A DNA stretch of 63,924 nucleotides, filler included, from Lama guanicoe (GCA_013239625.1; 181 parts of 181 records of this genome joined end to end with filler, not necessarily neighbours in it), one strand, 5' to 3'. Shown: positions 24,032 through 36,065, numbered from the whole stretch's first letter. A program made the numbers and translations. The notes: generated from the letters alone by a model not told the origin.

Positions 24032-24285
24032 CAGAGCCAGATAACTATTTGTTAGTGAGCGTCAGAGGTCATTCAGACTAGCCTGTCTGTACTTCACTTC
24101 CCCTCCACCAAAACATAAAAAAGTAAAGGAAGTAAACCCAAACCAACCCAAAACATGATACTACAGAGGAAAGAGGCAGCCTTCACTTGGCTTTCAATAT
24201 GAAGAGCAGAAAACTATCGTGGGGCAAGATTTAAACTAATAGATGATATTTTAAATGAGCTGGCTCTTTAAAGTGGACGATCCCA
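24032..24285 (+). repeat. Copy B of a near-identical contig pair (with 23324-23577)
   Basis: Five substitutions relative to copy A, at 24081, 24128, 24161, 24207 and 24236. Confidence 0.98.
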
Positions 24286-24385
24286 NNNNNNNNNNNNNNN
24301 NNNNNNNNNNNNNNNNNNNNNNNNNNNNNTTAATTAATTAANNNNNNNNNNNNNNNNNNNNNNNNNNNNNNNNNNNNNNNNNNNN

Positions 24386-24639
24386 ACAATTTCTGAGAAA
24401 GACTTAATCTCCAGGATTGAATAAGAAATAGAAAATATTAACAGATTAACACTAATGAAGTTAAATAAGTAATTAAACAAAATCTCCCAAGAAACAAAAT
24501 TTCAGGCCTAGACAGTTTCACAGGTGACTTCTACCAAATATTTAGAAAAAAGCTATCACCTATACTTCTCAGAGAAGTTTAAAAATTTGAAGAGGAAGAA
24601 GGCTTCCTACCCCAACTTTCTGTATCACACTATTACTAA
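24386..24639 (+). mobile_element. L1 ORF2 fragment
   Basis: CAGGCCTAGACAGTTTCACAGGTGACTTCTACCAAATATTT (PDSFTGDFYQIF). Confidence 0.85.
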
Positions 24640-25907
24640 NNNNNNNNNNNNNNNNNNNNNNNNNNNNNNNNNNNNNNNNNNNNTTAATTAATTAANNNNN
24701 NNNNNNNNNNNNNNNNNNNNNNNNNNNNNNNNNNNNNNNCGACCACTTCATGCGTGTCAGTCATGTTTCCCACTCAGAGGGCCGTCTCCCCAGGGCAGAC
24801 CCTGCGTCTTCTCTTCCTCAAATCGTTTGGGGGCCACATCAGAGGTTTTCATTACACCTTCATCAAATGAACGTGTTATAAAGAAAGTGCCATTTGTGGA
24901 CTGCCCACTGTATGCCAAAAACCGCCACTTTCATTTAATCCCCCCAACAAACCTCCAAGGTAGATATTATTATGCTTTTTAGGAATGTATTCTNNNNNNN
25001 NNNNNNNNNNNNNNNNNNNNNNNNNNNNNNNNNNNNNTTAATTAATTAANNNNNNNNNNNNNNNNNNNNNNNNNNNNNNNNNNNNNNNNNNNNAGACACC
25101 ACGCTAAAGACTTCCACACGCAGACTCCAGCTTTGGTGCAAGCCTGCTATTGGCAGGGAAGAAAAATGTTTCCTTATTTTGTTCTAACCTTCTTTACTCC
25201 CAGACATCACTGCTAGGACACTCACCAGAAGCACAGAGCCTTGCTGGCCAGACACTGCTTCAGACTAAGTTGGAAATAGCAGGGTTTCCTCATAAGAGCA
25301 GCCATGGCCCCTGGAACTCTTATTCGGGCTCCATTCTACCCCCTCCCNNNNNNNNNNNNNNNNNNNNNNNNNNNNNNNNNNNNNNNNNNNNTTAATTAAT
25401 TAANNNNNNNNNNNNNNNNNNNNNNNNNNNNNNNNNNNNNNNNNNNNCACTGGAGAGGAGAAGGTGGACCAGACAACCAGTCCAAATGCTGCCCCCGCAG
25501 TGGGCCACACATGACACGCCTCCTGTAACCTTCTGCTGGGTGATAAGTGTCAACGAGCCACCCCCAGTCCCTCCTCTGCTGGACCTTGTGGTGAAGTGTT
25601 TTCCAGACCCACTCTTCTACGAACGTTGGTGGGTACCCGACGAGGACACTTGTTCACACTTACATGTGGTTGAAGGGGGAAGAGAAGGAAAAAAAATTGT
25701 GNNNNNNNNNNNNNNNNNNNNNNNNNNNNNNNNNNNNNNNNNNNNTTAATTAATTAANNNNNNNNNNNNNNNNNNNNNNNNNNNNNNNNNNNNNNNNNNN
25801 NGGAAGGGGACAGCAGAGCAGCTGGGACGCTGTTCTAAGCACGTGGTATCTCTGTAGCAGTGGCTGGCAATGGTGATAACCATGAATTCTTTCTCCTGGG
25901 CCCCCAG

Positions 25908-26055
25908 ACTCTTGGCCAGAGCACTTTATGACAACCACCCTGACTGCTCTGACTAGCTGGCTTTCTGCAGAGGAGACATCCTGACAATTTTGGAGCAAAA
26001 CATGCCGGAAAGGAGGGCTGGTGGAAGTGTTCACTCCATGGCAGGCAAGGTCTGG
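25908..26055 (+). pseudogene. CASS4: CASS4 SH3-domain exon with inactivating lesions
   Basis: LLARALYDNHPDCSD*LAFCRGDILTILEQNMPE/EGWWKCSLHGRQGL matches the recalled CASS4 SH3 (LLARALYDNCPDCSDELAFSRGDILTILEQHVPESEGWWKCLLHGRQGL); TAG at 25954-25956; 1-nt deletion at ~26012; preceded by a pyrimidine tract and AG at 25906-25907. Confidence 0.85.
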
Positions 26056-27224
26056 NNNNNNNNNNNNNNNNNNNNNNNNNNNNNNNNNNNNNNNNNNNNT
26101 TAATTAATTAANNNNNNNNNNNNNNNNNNNNNNNNNNNNNNNNNNNNNNNNNNNNGGGAGGAACGTCTAGCTTGAAGGAGTCCAATACTTTTTCTGTAAA
26201 CCTTGTTGTTTATCTGAAATGTTGCGGAAAAACGTGTTGCAGCTCAGTTGTGACAGCAACCTGGACCCCAGAGGCCAAACAGCACTCAGAGAGTTGGGGA
26301 ACTCAGGTTTATTAACACCAGTGGGTACAGAGAACTTAATACTCCAAGCTCTGGACTCCGTATGTTTACACAGGCCTTTATAGGCTGCCAGTTTTACAGT
26401 TTGCAACATNNNNNNNNNNNNNNNNNNNNNNNNNNNNNNNNNNNNNNNNNNNNTTAATTAATTAANNNNNNNNNNNNNNNNNNNNNNNNNNNNNNNNNNN
26501 NNNNNNNNNTGATTCATGGCCCTCACATTCCCTGCAAATCCAGCCTCCTGCAACTCTACTCTGAGTGCTCCCAACGGTTGGTCCTGCGTCTTCTCCTGAC
26601 TTACCTAAGCACTGAAGACTCCAGACCCACCAAGGTTCTGCCCCCCTGGAATCTTGCATTGCCTTCTGAACTAGCAATGCCATCCTACGGTCCTTCCTTA
26701 ATATCTGATAGCATCCTTTGCTTAGAATAGTCACCACTAATTAGTTGGAAAGGTGAAGAGTTANNNNNNNNNNNNNNNNNNNNNNNNNNNNNNNNNNNNN
26801 NNNNNNNTTAATTAATTAANNNNNNNNNNNNNNNNNNNNNNNNNNNNNNNNNNNNNNNNNNNNTTAGGGCCATTACATATTTAAAAGTTTAGAGGAATGA
26901 CTCTATCTTAGCGTTTATCATGCTGAATTGTGTGTGTGTATGTATGTGTGGGTTAAACCTTTCTTTTGCCTTACCCAGTCTGAATTTAGAGGTTAGAAAC
27001 TATCTTGCTATTTTTTTAATCTTAGAACTTAAAAATGTGCTCAAAAAACATTTAGGATTGAATATACTAAGACCTAAAGAGTATGCCAACAAATTCATTC
27101 TACTGAGCCAGACAGGTNNNNNNNNNNNNNNNNNNNNNNNNNNNNNNNNNNNNNNNNNNNNTTAATTAATTAANNNNNNNNNNNNNNNNNNNNNNNNNNN
27201 NNNNNNNNNNNNNNNNNTTTTTTT

Positions 27225-27471
27225 TTTAAATACAAATTAAAGTCTGTGGCAATCCTGTGTTGTCAGATGATGGTTAGCATCTTTTAGCAATAAAGTATCT
27301 TTTAATTAAGGTATGTACATTGGTTTCATAGACCTAATGCTATTACACACTTAATAGGCTACAGTGTAATGTAAACATAACTTCTGTGTGTACTGGGAAA
27401 CCAAAATAGTTATGTGACTTGCTTTGTTGCAATATGCACTTTACCGTGGTGGTCTGGACCCGAACCCACAG
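27225..27471 (+). mobile_element. Internally deleted Tigger1 derivative (Tigger1a-type MITE)
   Basis: Tigger1 5' segment (TACAAATT..TGTGGCAATCCTG) joined directly to the 3' segment (CAGATGATGGTTAGCA..GGTGGTCTGGA.CCGAACCC). Confidence 0.8.
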
Positions 27472-27571
27472 NNNNNNNNNNNNNNNNNNNNNNNNNNNNN
27501 NNNNNNNNNNNNNNNTTAATTAATTAANNNNNNNNNNNNNNNNNNNNNNNNNNNNNNNNNNNNNNNNNNNN

Positions 27572-27710
27572 CGTTTTGGTATCAGGGTAATGCTGGCTTT
27601 ATAGAATGTGTTTGGAAGAGTTCCCGCCTCTTCTATCTTTTGGACAAGTTGGAGAGGAATTGATACTGATTTTTCTCTGAATGGTTGGTAGAATTTACCA
27701 GCAAAGTAGT
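27572..27710 (-). mobile_element. L1 ORF2 fragment
   Basis: TTTTGGTATCAGGGTAATGCTGGC..TTGGTAGAATTTACCAG. Confidence 0.85.
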
Positions 27711-28279
27711 CTCTACATTCTCTTCCTATGATTTTTAAAGTAATGCAAAATACATTTGTCTATTTGCAAACAAACGAACAAGAGAGAAACACACAGAATA
27801 AAACTAAAAATCCTTCTCACACCTTNNNNNNNNNNNNNNNNNNNNNNNNNNNNNNNNNNNNNNNNNNNNTTAATTAATTAANNNNNNNNNNNNNNNNNNN
27901 NNNNNNNNNNNNNNNNNNNNNNNNNTGTTGGCAACAATATTGTATGCAATTACTGTTTCTTCACATCTTGCTCTGGGCAGGGTATTTGAGGAAATGTATC
28001 TTACAGAGAACGTTAAAAAATAGTTTTTATTATGATTATGTTACAAATCTAATTCATAAAATTGATGCAATATTCTTAATTTTGTGATGTCATATGATGC
28101 TAGAGAATTCTGCTAAAGCTCTCTTTTTTTGGTTATCTGGAAATTCTCTAATGTACTGCAGTCTCCTGGCAGTGGGGGGNNNNNNNNNNNNNNNNNNNNN
28201 NNNNNNNNNNNNNNNNNNNNNNNTTAATTAATTAANNNNNNNNNNNNNNNNNNNNNNNNNNNNNNNNNNNNNNNNNNNN

Positions 28280-28528
28280 TTAATCAAAAACCAAGTACCA
28301 TCAGTCAGCCAATCCAAACACCAGGCCAACTCGGGGCCGTCTACTTACTTCCTGCTTCTTATTTATTCTCTGTTTTTCTCTTCCTTGTTCTTTACTTTTT
28401 ATCTTATAAATACGTCCTGCCTTCTGCCCCACTTTGCAGTTCTGGACCCTTGGGAAGGGAGATGCTGCTCCACAGAGTTAAATAAAGTTTGTTATCACCT
28501 AAATTATCTTCTTTAATCATTTTCAACA
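28280..28528 (+). mobile_element. ERV LTR 3' part (U3-R-U5)
   Basis: CCAAT, TATAAA 28405-28410, AATAAA 28481-28486, terminal TTTCAACA. Confidence 0.6.
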
Positions 28529-29341
28529 GTACTNNNNNNNNNNNNNNNNNNNNNNNNNNNNNNNNNNNNNNNNNNNNTTAATTAATTAANNNNNNNNNNN
28601 NNNNNNNNNNNNNNNNNNNNNNNNNNNNNNNNNATTTGTATGGTCTAAAAGGGTTAAAAAATTTTGATCCCTTTTTGGTCAAAAGGTTTAACTGTACACA
28701 TTTAAAAATACCTTCAAATAAATAATTTGTCTTTTCTTACCAAGGTGTGACCTCTGAAAACTATTCTTTTCTACACCATTTGAGATGGTTCAAGCTTTTG
28801 AACCTAAAGTTTGGTTTATTCCTAGGTATTGGTTCTGCACAATGAAAATGTGTGATCCTAGGCCTGTGTACAATAAAGACGTGGCCANNNNNNNNNNNNN
28901 NNNNNNNNNNNNNNNNNNNNNNNNNNNNNNNTTAATTAATTAANNNNNNNNNNNNNNNNNNNNNNNNNNNNNNNNNNNNNNNNNNNNCCCAAGTAAGTAG
29001 TGGAGTAAGGGAATTCAATCCAGATCTGTCTGACTCCAAATGCCCTGCTTTGAATCTGAACCCTCTGCTATCCTCCCTCTGTAGAGGAGAGAATCATATA
29101 GGACTATGAAAATGAACTAAACATAACTACACTTTAAAGGAGCTTATGAAAATAATCTTGATCAGAGTTAAACTGAATATAAAAATATCAAGGAATTCCA
29201 AAAGCATTTTTCTTTTGATCTGAAGAACTTTTAAACTAGTTNNNNNNNNNNNNNNNNNNNNNNNNNNNNNNNNNNNNNNNNNNNNTTAATTAATTAANNN
29301 NNNNNNNNNNNNNNNNNNNNNNNNNNNNNNNNNNNNNNNNN

Positions 29342-29595
29342 GCTGCATGTAAATCAATGAAGTTAGAATACTCCCTCACACCATACACAACAATAAACTC
29401 AAAATGCTTAAAGACTTAAACATAAGGCAAGACACTATAAACCTCTGAGAAGAAAATACAGGCAAAGCATTATCCAACATAAAGCTCAGCAATGATCCCC
29501 TGGGCAGTCTACCCAGGCAATAGAAATAAAAGCAAAATTTTAAACAAATGGGACCTAACTAAACTTACAAGCTTTTGCACGGCAAAGGAAACCAT
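29342..29595 (+). mobile_element. L1 ORF2 fragment
   Basis: CCCTCACACCATACACAA..ATAAACTCAAAATG..AAATGGGACCTAA..GCTTTTGCAC.GCAAAGGAAACCAT; homologous to 54113. Confidence 0.9.
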
Positions 29596-29724
29596 NNNNN
29601 NNNNNNNNNNNNNNNNNNNNNNNNNNNNNNNNNNNNNNNTTAATTAATTAANNNNNNNNNNNNNNNNNNNNNNNNNNNNNNNNNNNNNNNNNNNNGAAAA
29701 AAATTAAGGAAAAAATCAGGTACA

Positions 29725-29949
29725 TATGAATTCATAAAATATATATACATAGTAGTCTGTTTTATCATTTACTACCATAAAATACACACCTATTACTAAA
29801 AATTAAAATTTCTCGAAACTTACATACCTGCAGACTGTACATGGCACCATTCACAGTCAAGAGAAATAGAAACAAATGTTAAGATGCAGTATTAAATTAC
29901 AGCTGTAGCACATCCTTACTACTGTAGTAATTTTGTAGCCACCTCCTGT
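29725..29949. mobile_element. Tigger2-type DNA transposon fragment
   Basis: TTTATCATTTACTACCATAAAAT..TACATGGCACCATTC..AAAGATGCAGTATTAAAT..GTAGCCACCTCCTGT. Confidence 0.7.
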
Positions 29950-30404
29950 NNNNNNNNNNNNNNNNNNNNNNNNNNNNNNNNNNNNNNNNNNNNTTAATTA
30001 ATTAANNNNNNNNNNNNNNNNNNNNNNNNNNNNNNNNNNNNNNNNNNNNGGGGCCAGCTGCCCAGGAGCGGTGCCCCTGAACCGGCAGAAGGGGACCCCA
30101 TTGTCCTGGGTGTTGCTGCCTTGGGTGCTCAGAACCTGAGGGCTGACCAGGTTTTTCATGCTAATGACAGTGGCCCAGGTCTGTGTAAAATGCACCCATT
30201 GTGGCTGCTGGGGAGGCCGCCATCCCGAGAACCGCGGCCTCTGGGATGGCGCGTTTGGTGCACAGGGACAGGAGCATCCGTCCTCTGTCGTTGGCCCCAG
30301 ATCNNNNNNNNNNNNNNNNNNNNNNNNNNNNNNNNNNNNNNNNNNNNTTAATTAATTAANNNNNNNNNNNNNNNNNNNNNNNNNNNNNNNNNNNNNNNNN
30401 NNNC

Positions 30405-30603
30405 CTTCCACCACGCCACATAGGAACCTCTGAGCCCCTCCTGCCGCCCCGGCCCCCGCTGCTCCCCCGGCCCCGGATGGGTTGTCTTCTCCGGGGGCCG
30501 GAGCTGCCGGCGGCTCCAACGATGCCCCCGCGGAGGCGGCAGGGTTGGAGCTGAGCTCGCCCTCCCGCTCCTCCAGCGCCGCCTGGCTCTCTTTCTGCAC
30601 CAT
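30405..30603 (-). CDS. OGA: O-GlcNAcase (OGA/MGEA5) first coding exon, N-terminal 66 aa
   Basis: [66 protein letters not shown] matches the OGA N-terminus; CpG-rich; Kozak AGGATGG; the upstream GTG start in the ORF track is 5'UTR. Confidence 0.93.
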
Positions 30604-31819
30604 CCTCCTGACCCCGGCCGCCGCCACCTCTGCAGGTCCTCCTCGGCCTCCGTCCGTNNNNNNNNNNNNNNNNNNNNNNNNNNNNNNNNNNNNNNNNNNN
30701 NTTAATTAATTAANNNNNNNNNNNNNNNNNNNNNNNNNNNNNNNNNNNNNNNNNNNNGGTCCTCTCTGGCTCCCTGCTCTCAGCCCCCATCCAGTTCATT
30801 AATGCCACTGCTGTCAGTCCCGCAGCGTCCCAGCGGCCAGGACACCGTGGAACGCACCCTCTCTGTGGGCCCTCCTCACCGCGTGGTGCGCCAGCTGCAC
30901 GCTCCCGTCGCAGCGGGGAGCAGAGTGCGCCTTCCTTCCCACGGCCCTGTGATCTCTCTGCTGCCTTCCAACTACTCGAAAACAAGCCAAGATTCTCTGG
31001 GTTGCCCCAAGNNNNNNNNNNNNNNNNNNNNNNNNNNNNNNNNNNNNNNNNNNNNTTAATTAATTAANNNNNNNNNNNNNNNNNNNNNNNNNNNNNNNNN
31101 NNNNNNNNNNNAGGGGCTGGGGTCGTGTTCCCTGATCTCCGTCCCAGCTCCACCTGCCTGGGGGGAGGCGGGATCTCCGTCCTTACTTGGTCTGGACGGG
31201 ACGTCACTGTGGGTGCGTGGCGGGGCCTCCTAGGCTGCAAGGCTGATTCCATTGAAATGAGGGCAGAATGAGCAAAAGTTACACGTGGACACGGCAGAGT
31301 CCTGCCTCTTCCCACCTTTCTTTGTCGGCCTCCAGGCCGCTTGTCACCCTAAAATGTGTGACCACNNNNNNNNNNNNNNNNNNNNNNNNNNNNNNNNNNN
31401 NNNNNNNNNTTAATTAATTAANNNNNNNNNNNNNNNNNNNNNNNNNNNNNNNNNNNNNNNNNNNNTCCATTTTTGGCTTAACTACTTAAATAGTTTCCTA
31501 GTTTAGAAAACGTCATCATCTGTGGCTTTGTTCTCGCTCACCCTCCGCTTCTGACTGGTCATCTTTTCTACTTCGTTCTCTGTCCTCCGTGGTGCCCCAG
31601 TCTTCTTGCCGTAAGAAACATACTTCACACTTCTGTCCTTGTACTTGCTCTACCCTGGGTCTAGAATGCACTTCTCACCCGTCAGGAGCCAACTCACATG
31701 TTTCCTCCTCTGGGCAGTGNNNNNNNNNNNNNNNNNNNNNNNNNNNNNNNNNNNNNNNNNNNNTTAATTAATTAANNNNNNNNNNNNNNNNNNNNNNNNN
31801 NNNNNNNNNNNNNNNNNNN

Positions 31820-32072
31820 AACACAGAATATAGAATATAGAATACAGAATATAGAACCCATAATATAACCAGGGAATTCCGAAAACATAATAAAGCATAT
31901 AGAATGCAGAAATAGAATGTGGAAAATAGAATGTAGAACGCACAATATAGAATATAGAATACGGAATAGAGAATGTAGAACAGAGAATGTAGAACTCAGA
32001 ATTTGAATATAGAATACAGATTTCAGTACACAGAATTTAGATATGGAATTCAGAACACAGAATTTAGAATAG
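31820..32072 (+). repeat. Diverged 7-bp satellite (AGAATAT)n
   Basis: AGAATAT/AGAATAC/AGAATGT/AGAACAC units over the whole contig. Confidence 0.92.
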
Positions 32073-32880
32073 NNNNNNNNNNNNNNNNNNNNNNNNNNNN
32101 NNNNNNNNNNNNNNNNTTAATTAATTAANNNNNNNNNNNNNNNNNNNNNNNNNNNNNNNNNNNNNNNNNNNNAGATCTGTTGAAGCTAAATCTGTGCTGC
32201 TCTCTTCCTAAAAAAAAAGTTCCCCTTTCTGAAAAAAAATATAAATATATTTTAAAAATAAATGCGTATACATGTATATACATGTTCCACTTCTCTTCAT
32301 TCACCTATCTGTACAGCAAATCAACAAGGTAATCTTTACGGGACATCAGTAGAAAGTCCTTAGCAGAAAGTACTATCAGTACTATCAGTCCTGAATGACC
32401 GTCTGGCCCCCATTTTCTGTGAGACTNNNNNNNNNNNNNNNNNNNNNNNNNNNNNNNNNNNNNNNNNNNNTTAATTAATTAANNNNNNNNNNNNNNNNNN
32501 NNNNNNNNNNNNNNNNNNNNNNNNNNCTTCCCAGAGCCTTCCAGAGGATCCCCCTCCTCTTCTCCCACTGCTTCAATACTGACTTCCTCAGGCTCTTCCA
32601 CTGCTCTCCTCTCACTACACAGATAATCCACAATAAAGAGCTCAAAAGCATAGACTTCAGAGCCCAACGGAGATGGATTTGTACCCAGTTCTACCATTTG
32701 CTAGACATGTAAACTTTTCAGATATTGCAGTTTTCAGGCCTAGAAATTCCATTTTTGTTTCTTTGACTAATTTTTGTACANNNNNNNNNNNNNNNNNNNN
32801 NNNNNNNNNNNNNNNNNNNNNNNNTTAATTAATTAANNNNNNNNNNNNNNNNNNNNNNNNNNNNNNNNNNNNNNNNNNNN

Positions 32881-33133
32881 GAAAGAGAAAGAAAAATACC
32901 ATATGATATCACTAAACTTATTTACAAAACAGAAACAGACTTGCAGGCAAAGAGAACAAACTTACAGTTTCCAGGCAGTTAAGGGGATGGGAAGAGATAA
33001 ACTGGAGTTCAAGGTTTGCAGATAATAACTACTTTAGATAAAGCAGATAAACAATAAGTTTCTACTGTATAACATGGGGAACTATTTTCAATATCTTATA
33101 GTAACCTATAATGAAAAAGAATATGAAAAGGAA
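32881..33133 (+). mobile_element. L1 3' UTR
   Basis: AAATACCATATGATATCACT..ATTTACAAAACAGAAACAGACT..AACCTATAATGAAAAAGAATATG. Confidence 0.9.
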
Positions 33134-34295
33134 NNNNNNNNNNNNNNNNNNNNNNNNNNNNNNNNNNNNNNNNNNNNTTAATTAATTAANNNNNNNNNNN
33201 NNNNNNNNNNNNNNNNNNNNNNNNNNNNNNNNNGGGCAACGCTGATACATCTTCGATTCACTCTGTCAAAACATATTTAAAACTATGATTAAATGTTTTG
33301 ACCCTTTTCAGAGAGTAAAAGCTTTATTTTCTCTAGCAGAAGAATTCAGCAAAGCGGAATATAGTTTCAAAAGCATAAAATGTCTTGTTAAAATCCACAT
33401 GAAAATAATATCTCAGTTTTTGGCATTATGATAGAGGAGAAAATGACAGACTCTTTTAGAAAAGGTGAACAATCTCTAGACCCTTACNNNNNNNNNNNNN
33501 NNNNNNNNNNNNNNNNNNNNNNNNNNNNNNNTTAATTAATTAANNNNNNNNNNNNNNNNNNNNNNNNNNNNNNNNNNNNNNNNNNNNTCTGTCTTGCAAA
33601 TCTTTTCTAGGACAAATATCCAAGTTCCTACAATTATTTCTCATAAAACTATAACATTTTGTTGTCTTTTATTCCATAGCAAGTGAATTTAAATATACCC
33701 TGAATTGGAGAATCTAAGGAAGACTCTGAGGGCAAGGAACATGGCTTTCAAGTTAGAGGACTACAGCTGAACTCCAAAGGCACCTGCTTTATTCATGAGT
33801 TAACATGATTTCTGTAGTTTCAGTGTGAGTTACAACCAGCANNNNNNNNNNNNNNNNNNNNNNNNNNNNNNNNNNNNNNNNNNNNTTAATTAATTAANNN
33901 NNNNNNNNNNNNNNNNNNNNNNNNNNNNNNNNNNNNNNNNNCTTTCTAGAGAGAAGCAGGGTGAACGTTAGGCAGAAAAAAATAACATAACGATTCCCAC
34001 GGGGGCACCAGGATTCACTGAGAACAGACGGGCGGCCTCCTGAACACGGTCGTCAGAACCTCCGTCTGTCCGGCGCTCCGGGCCCATAGCTCAGGAAGCA
34101 TCAGAGCTGAATTACATAGAAGAACCCCCGTGGACGGGAGAAGCCAGGCAAACCTTCCACAGCAGGAGACCTTAGCTGGGGGCACGCATCATGCANNNNN
34201 NNNNNNNNNNNNNNNNNNNNNNNNNNNNNNNNNNNNNNNTTAATTAATTAANNNNNNNNNNNNNNNNNNNNNNNNNNNNNNNNNNNNNNNNNNNN

Positions 34296-34470
34296 TGTCA
34301 AGCAGTTTACAAGCATTGTCTCCTTTGACCTTCTAATCCTATGAGGAGAGGACACTTACCATTATCTCTATTTGCAAACAGGAAAATTGAGACTCAGAGA
34401 AAGTAATGAGTTGCCCGAGGGTGTTCAGTAAGGGGCAAGCCAGGACTGGAGCCCAGGTGGCCTGACTCGA
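34296..34470 (-). mobile_element. MIR SINE
   Basis: CCTATGAGG..ATTATCTCTATTT..GGAAAATTGAGACTCAGAGA..TTGCCCGAGG. Confidence 0.75.
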
Positions 34471-34649
34471 CACTGAAGCTTATCTCGGATGGTTGATAAT
34501 CCTTTTTCTGCATCCACTGGCAGGAGTGACTCACAGCCAACTAAGAAGTNNNNNNNNNNNNNNNNNNNNNNNNNNNNNNNNNNNNNNNNNNNNTTAATTA
34601 ATTAANNNNNNNNNNNNNNNNNNNNNNNNNNNNNNNNNNNNNNNNNNNN

Positions 34650-34903
34650 AACATTGGAGTGCATGTGTCTTTTTGAATTGGAGTTTTCTCTGGATATATG
34701 TCCAGGAGTGGGATTGATGGATAATATAGTAAGTCTATTTTTAGTTTGGGGATTAGCAGGTATGAACTACCATATAGTTTTTTAAGGAATATCCATACTG
34801 TTTTCCATAGTGTCTACACCAATTTACATTCCCACTAAGAGTGTAGGAGGGTTCCCCTTTTCTCCACACCCTCTCCAGGATTTATCATTTGTGAACTTTT
34901 TAA
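34650..34903 (-). mobile_element. L1 ORF2 3' region carrying a short insertion at 34748-34774
   Basis: AACATTGGAGTGCATGTGTCTTTTTGAATT..CCATACTGTTTTCCATAGT..CACACCCTCTCCAG. Confidence 0.9.
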
Positions 34904-35711
34904 NNNNNNNNNNNNNNNNNNNNNNNNNNNNNNNNNNNNNNNNNNNNTTAATTAATTAANNNNNNNNNNNNNNNNNNNNNNNNNNNNNNNNNNNNNNNNN
35001 NNNAAAGAAGTGTTCCGTGGTCATCTAGAAAGACACCGTCCTCAAGAGAACCACTTCTAGAAAGCAGGTGAGTTGCAAGAGAATAAATCCATGTGAAGCG
35101 AGACACAGATGGGAGACTCCAAGACAAGTGATTCAACTCAAGTCCGACCAACCGCGGTTCGGAGGACCCCTTGCAGGACCCCGGAAACCAGATATGCCCC
35201 CAAGGAGATGTCCAGCTTTGGACACCGGCCACGCCCAGGAGTGAGTGACATCAGATTNNNNNNNNNNNNNNNNNNNNNNNNNNNNNNNNNNNNNNNNNNN
35301 NTTAATTAATTAANNNNNNNNNNNNNNNNNNNNNNNNNNNNNNNNNNNNNNNNNNNNATCACTTTACGGGGTGCCTCCCTGGGAAGCAAGCGGAGAGCAC
35401 GGCTCCAAGCATGCAGCCCCTGGCGACGGAGGAGGGGGGGTTTCCTGCCTGACTCTTCGGTTTTCTGCATTTCAGCAGAGCTCCATCCTCTTCAGGCTGC
35501 ATGGGGGCAGATGCCGCTTCGATGGCATACTGGGATGTGAATTCGGTGGGTCCTCCAGACCAGGCTTGAGCTCCAGAAGTGAAGGCTCAGCAATGCCGAA
35601 CCAGTGAAGACNNNNNNNNNNNNNNNNNNNNNNNNNNNNNNNNNNNNNNNNNNNNTTAATTAATTAANNNNNNNNNNNNNNNNNNNNNNNNNNNNNNNNN
35701 NNNNNNNNNNN

Positions 35712-35850
35712 GTGTGCCTGATACCCCATGAGGCCAAACAAACAGAAAGATTGGAGTTTGGAGCAGAGAAAGGTTTACTGCAGGGCCGAGCAAAGAGGAC
35801 AGGGTGGCTCATGCCTAAGAAAACCCCGAACTCCCTGAAGGACTCCTGGA
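35712..35850 (-). mobile_element. ERV1-type LTR fragment
   Basis: GAGGCCAAACAAAC..GGAGTTTGGAGCAGAGAAAGGTTTA.TGCAGGGCC..AACCCCGAACTCCCTGAAGG resembles laurasiatherian LTRs. Confidence 0.6.
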
Positions 35851-36065
35851 TTAGAGACACTTGTCACCAAGAAGGGACCTGATTAAAGTCCAGCCAGGAG
35901 GGCCACTGGAACAACAAATGCCCCATGTAGGGGAAAGTCCACCAGGACCCTGCCCGATATGCAAANNNNNNNNNNNNNNNNNNNNNNNNNNNNNNNNNNN
36001 NNNNNNNNNTTAATTAATTAANNNNNNNNNNNNNNNNNNNNNNNNNNNNNNNNNNNNNNNNNNNN

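Noticed and set aside
30404..30657. OGA processed pseudogene
   Set aside because: The contig ends one base past the expected exon 1 boundary, and that G fits either the intron or exon 2; the frame is intact and CpG-rich, so a genuine exon is the simpler reading
30482..30709. Antisense ORF over OGA exon 1
   Set aside because: Shadow ORF of GC-rich coding sequence
32527..32615. Acidic minus-strand frame (ERRAVEEPEEVSIEAVGEEEGDPLEGSGK)
   Set aside because: Purine-rich low-complexity sequence can give this by chance; weak acceptor
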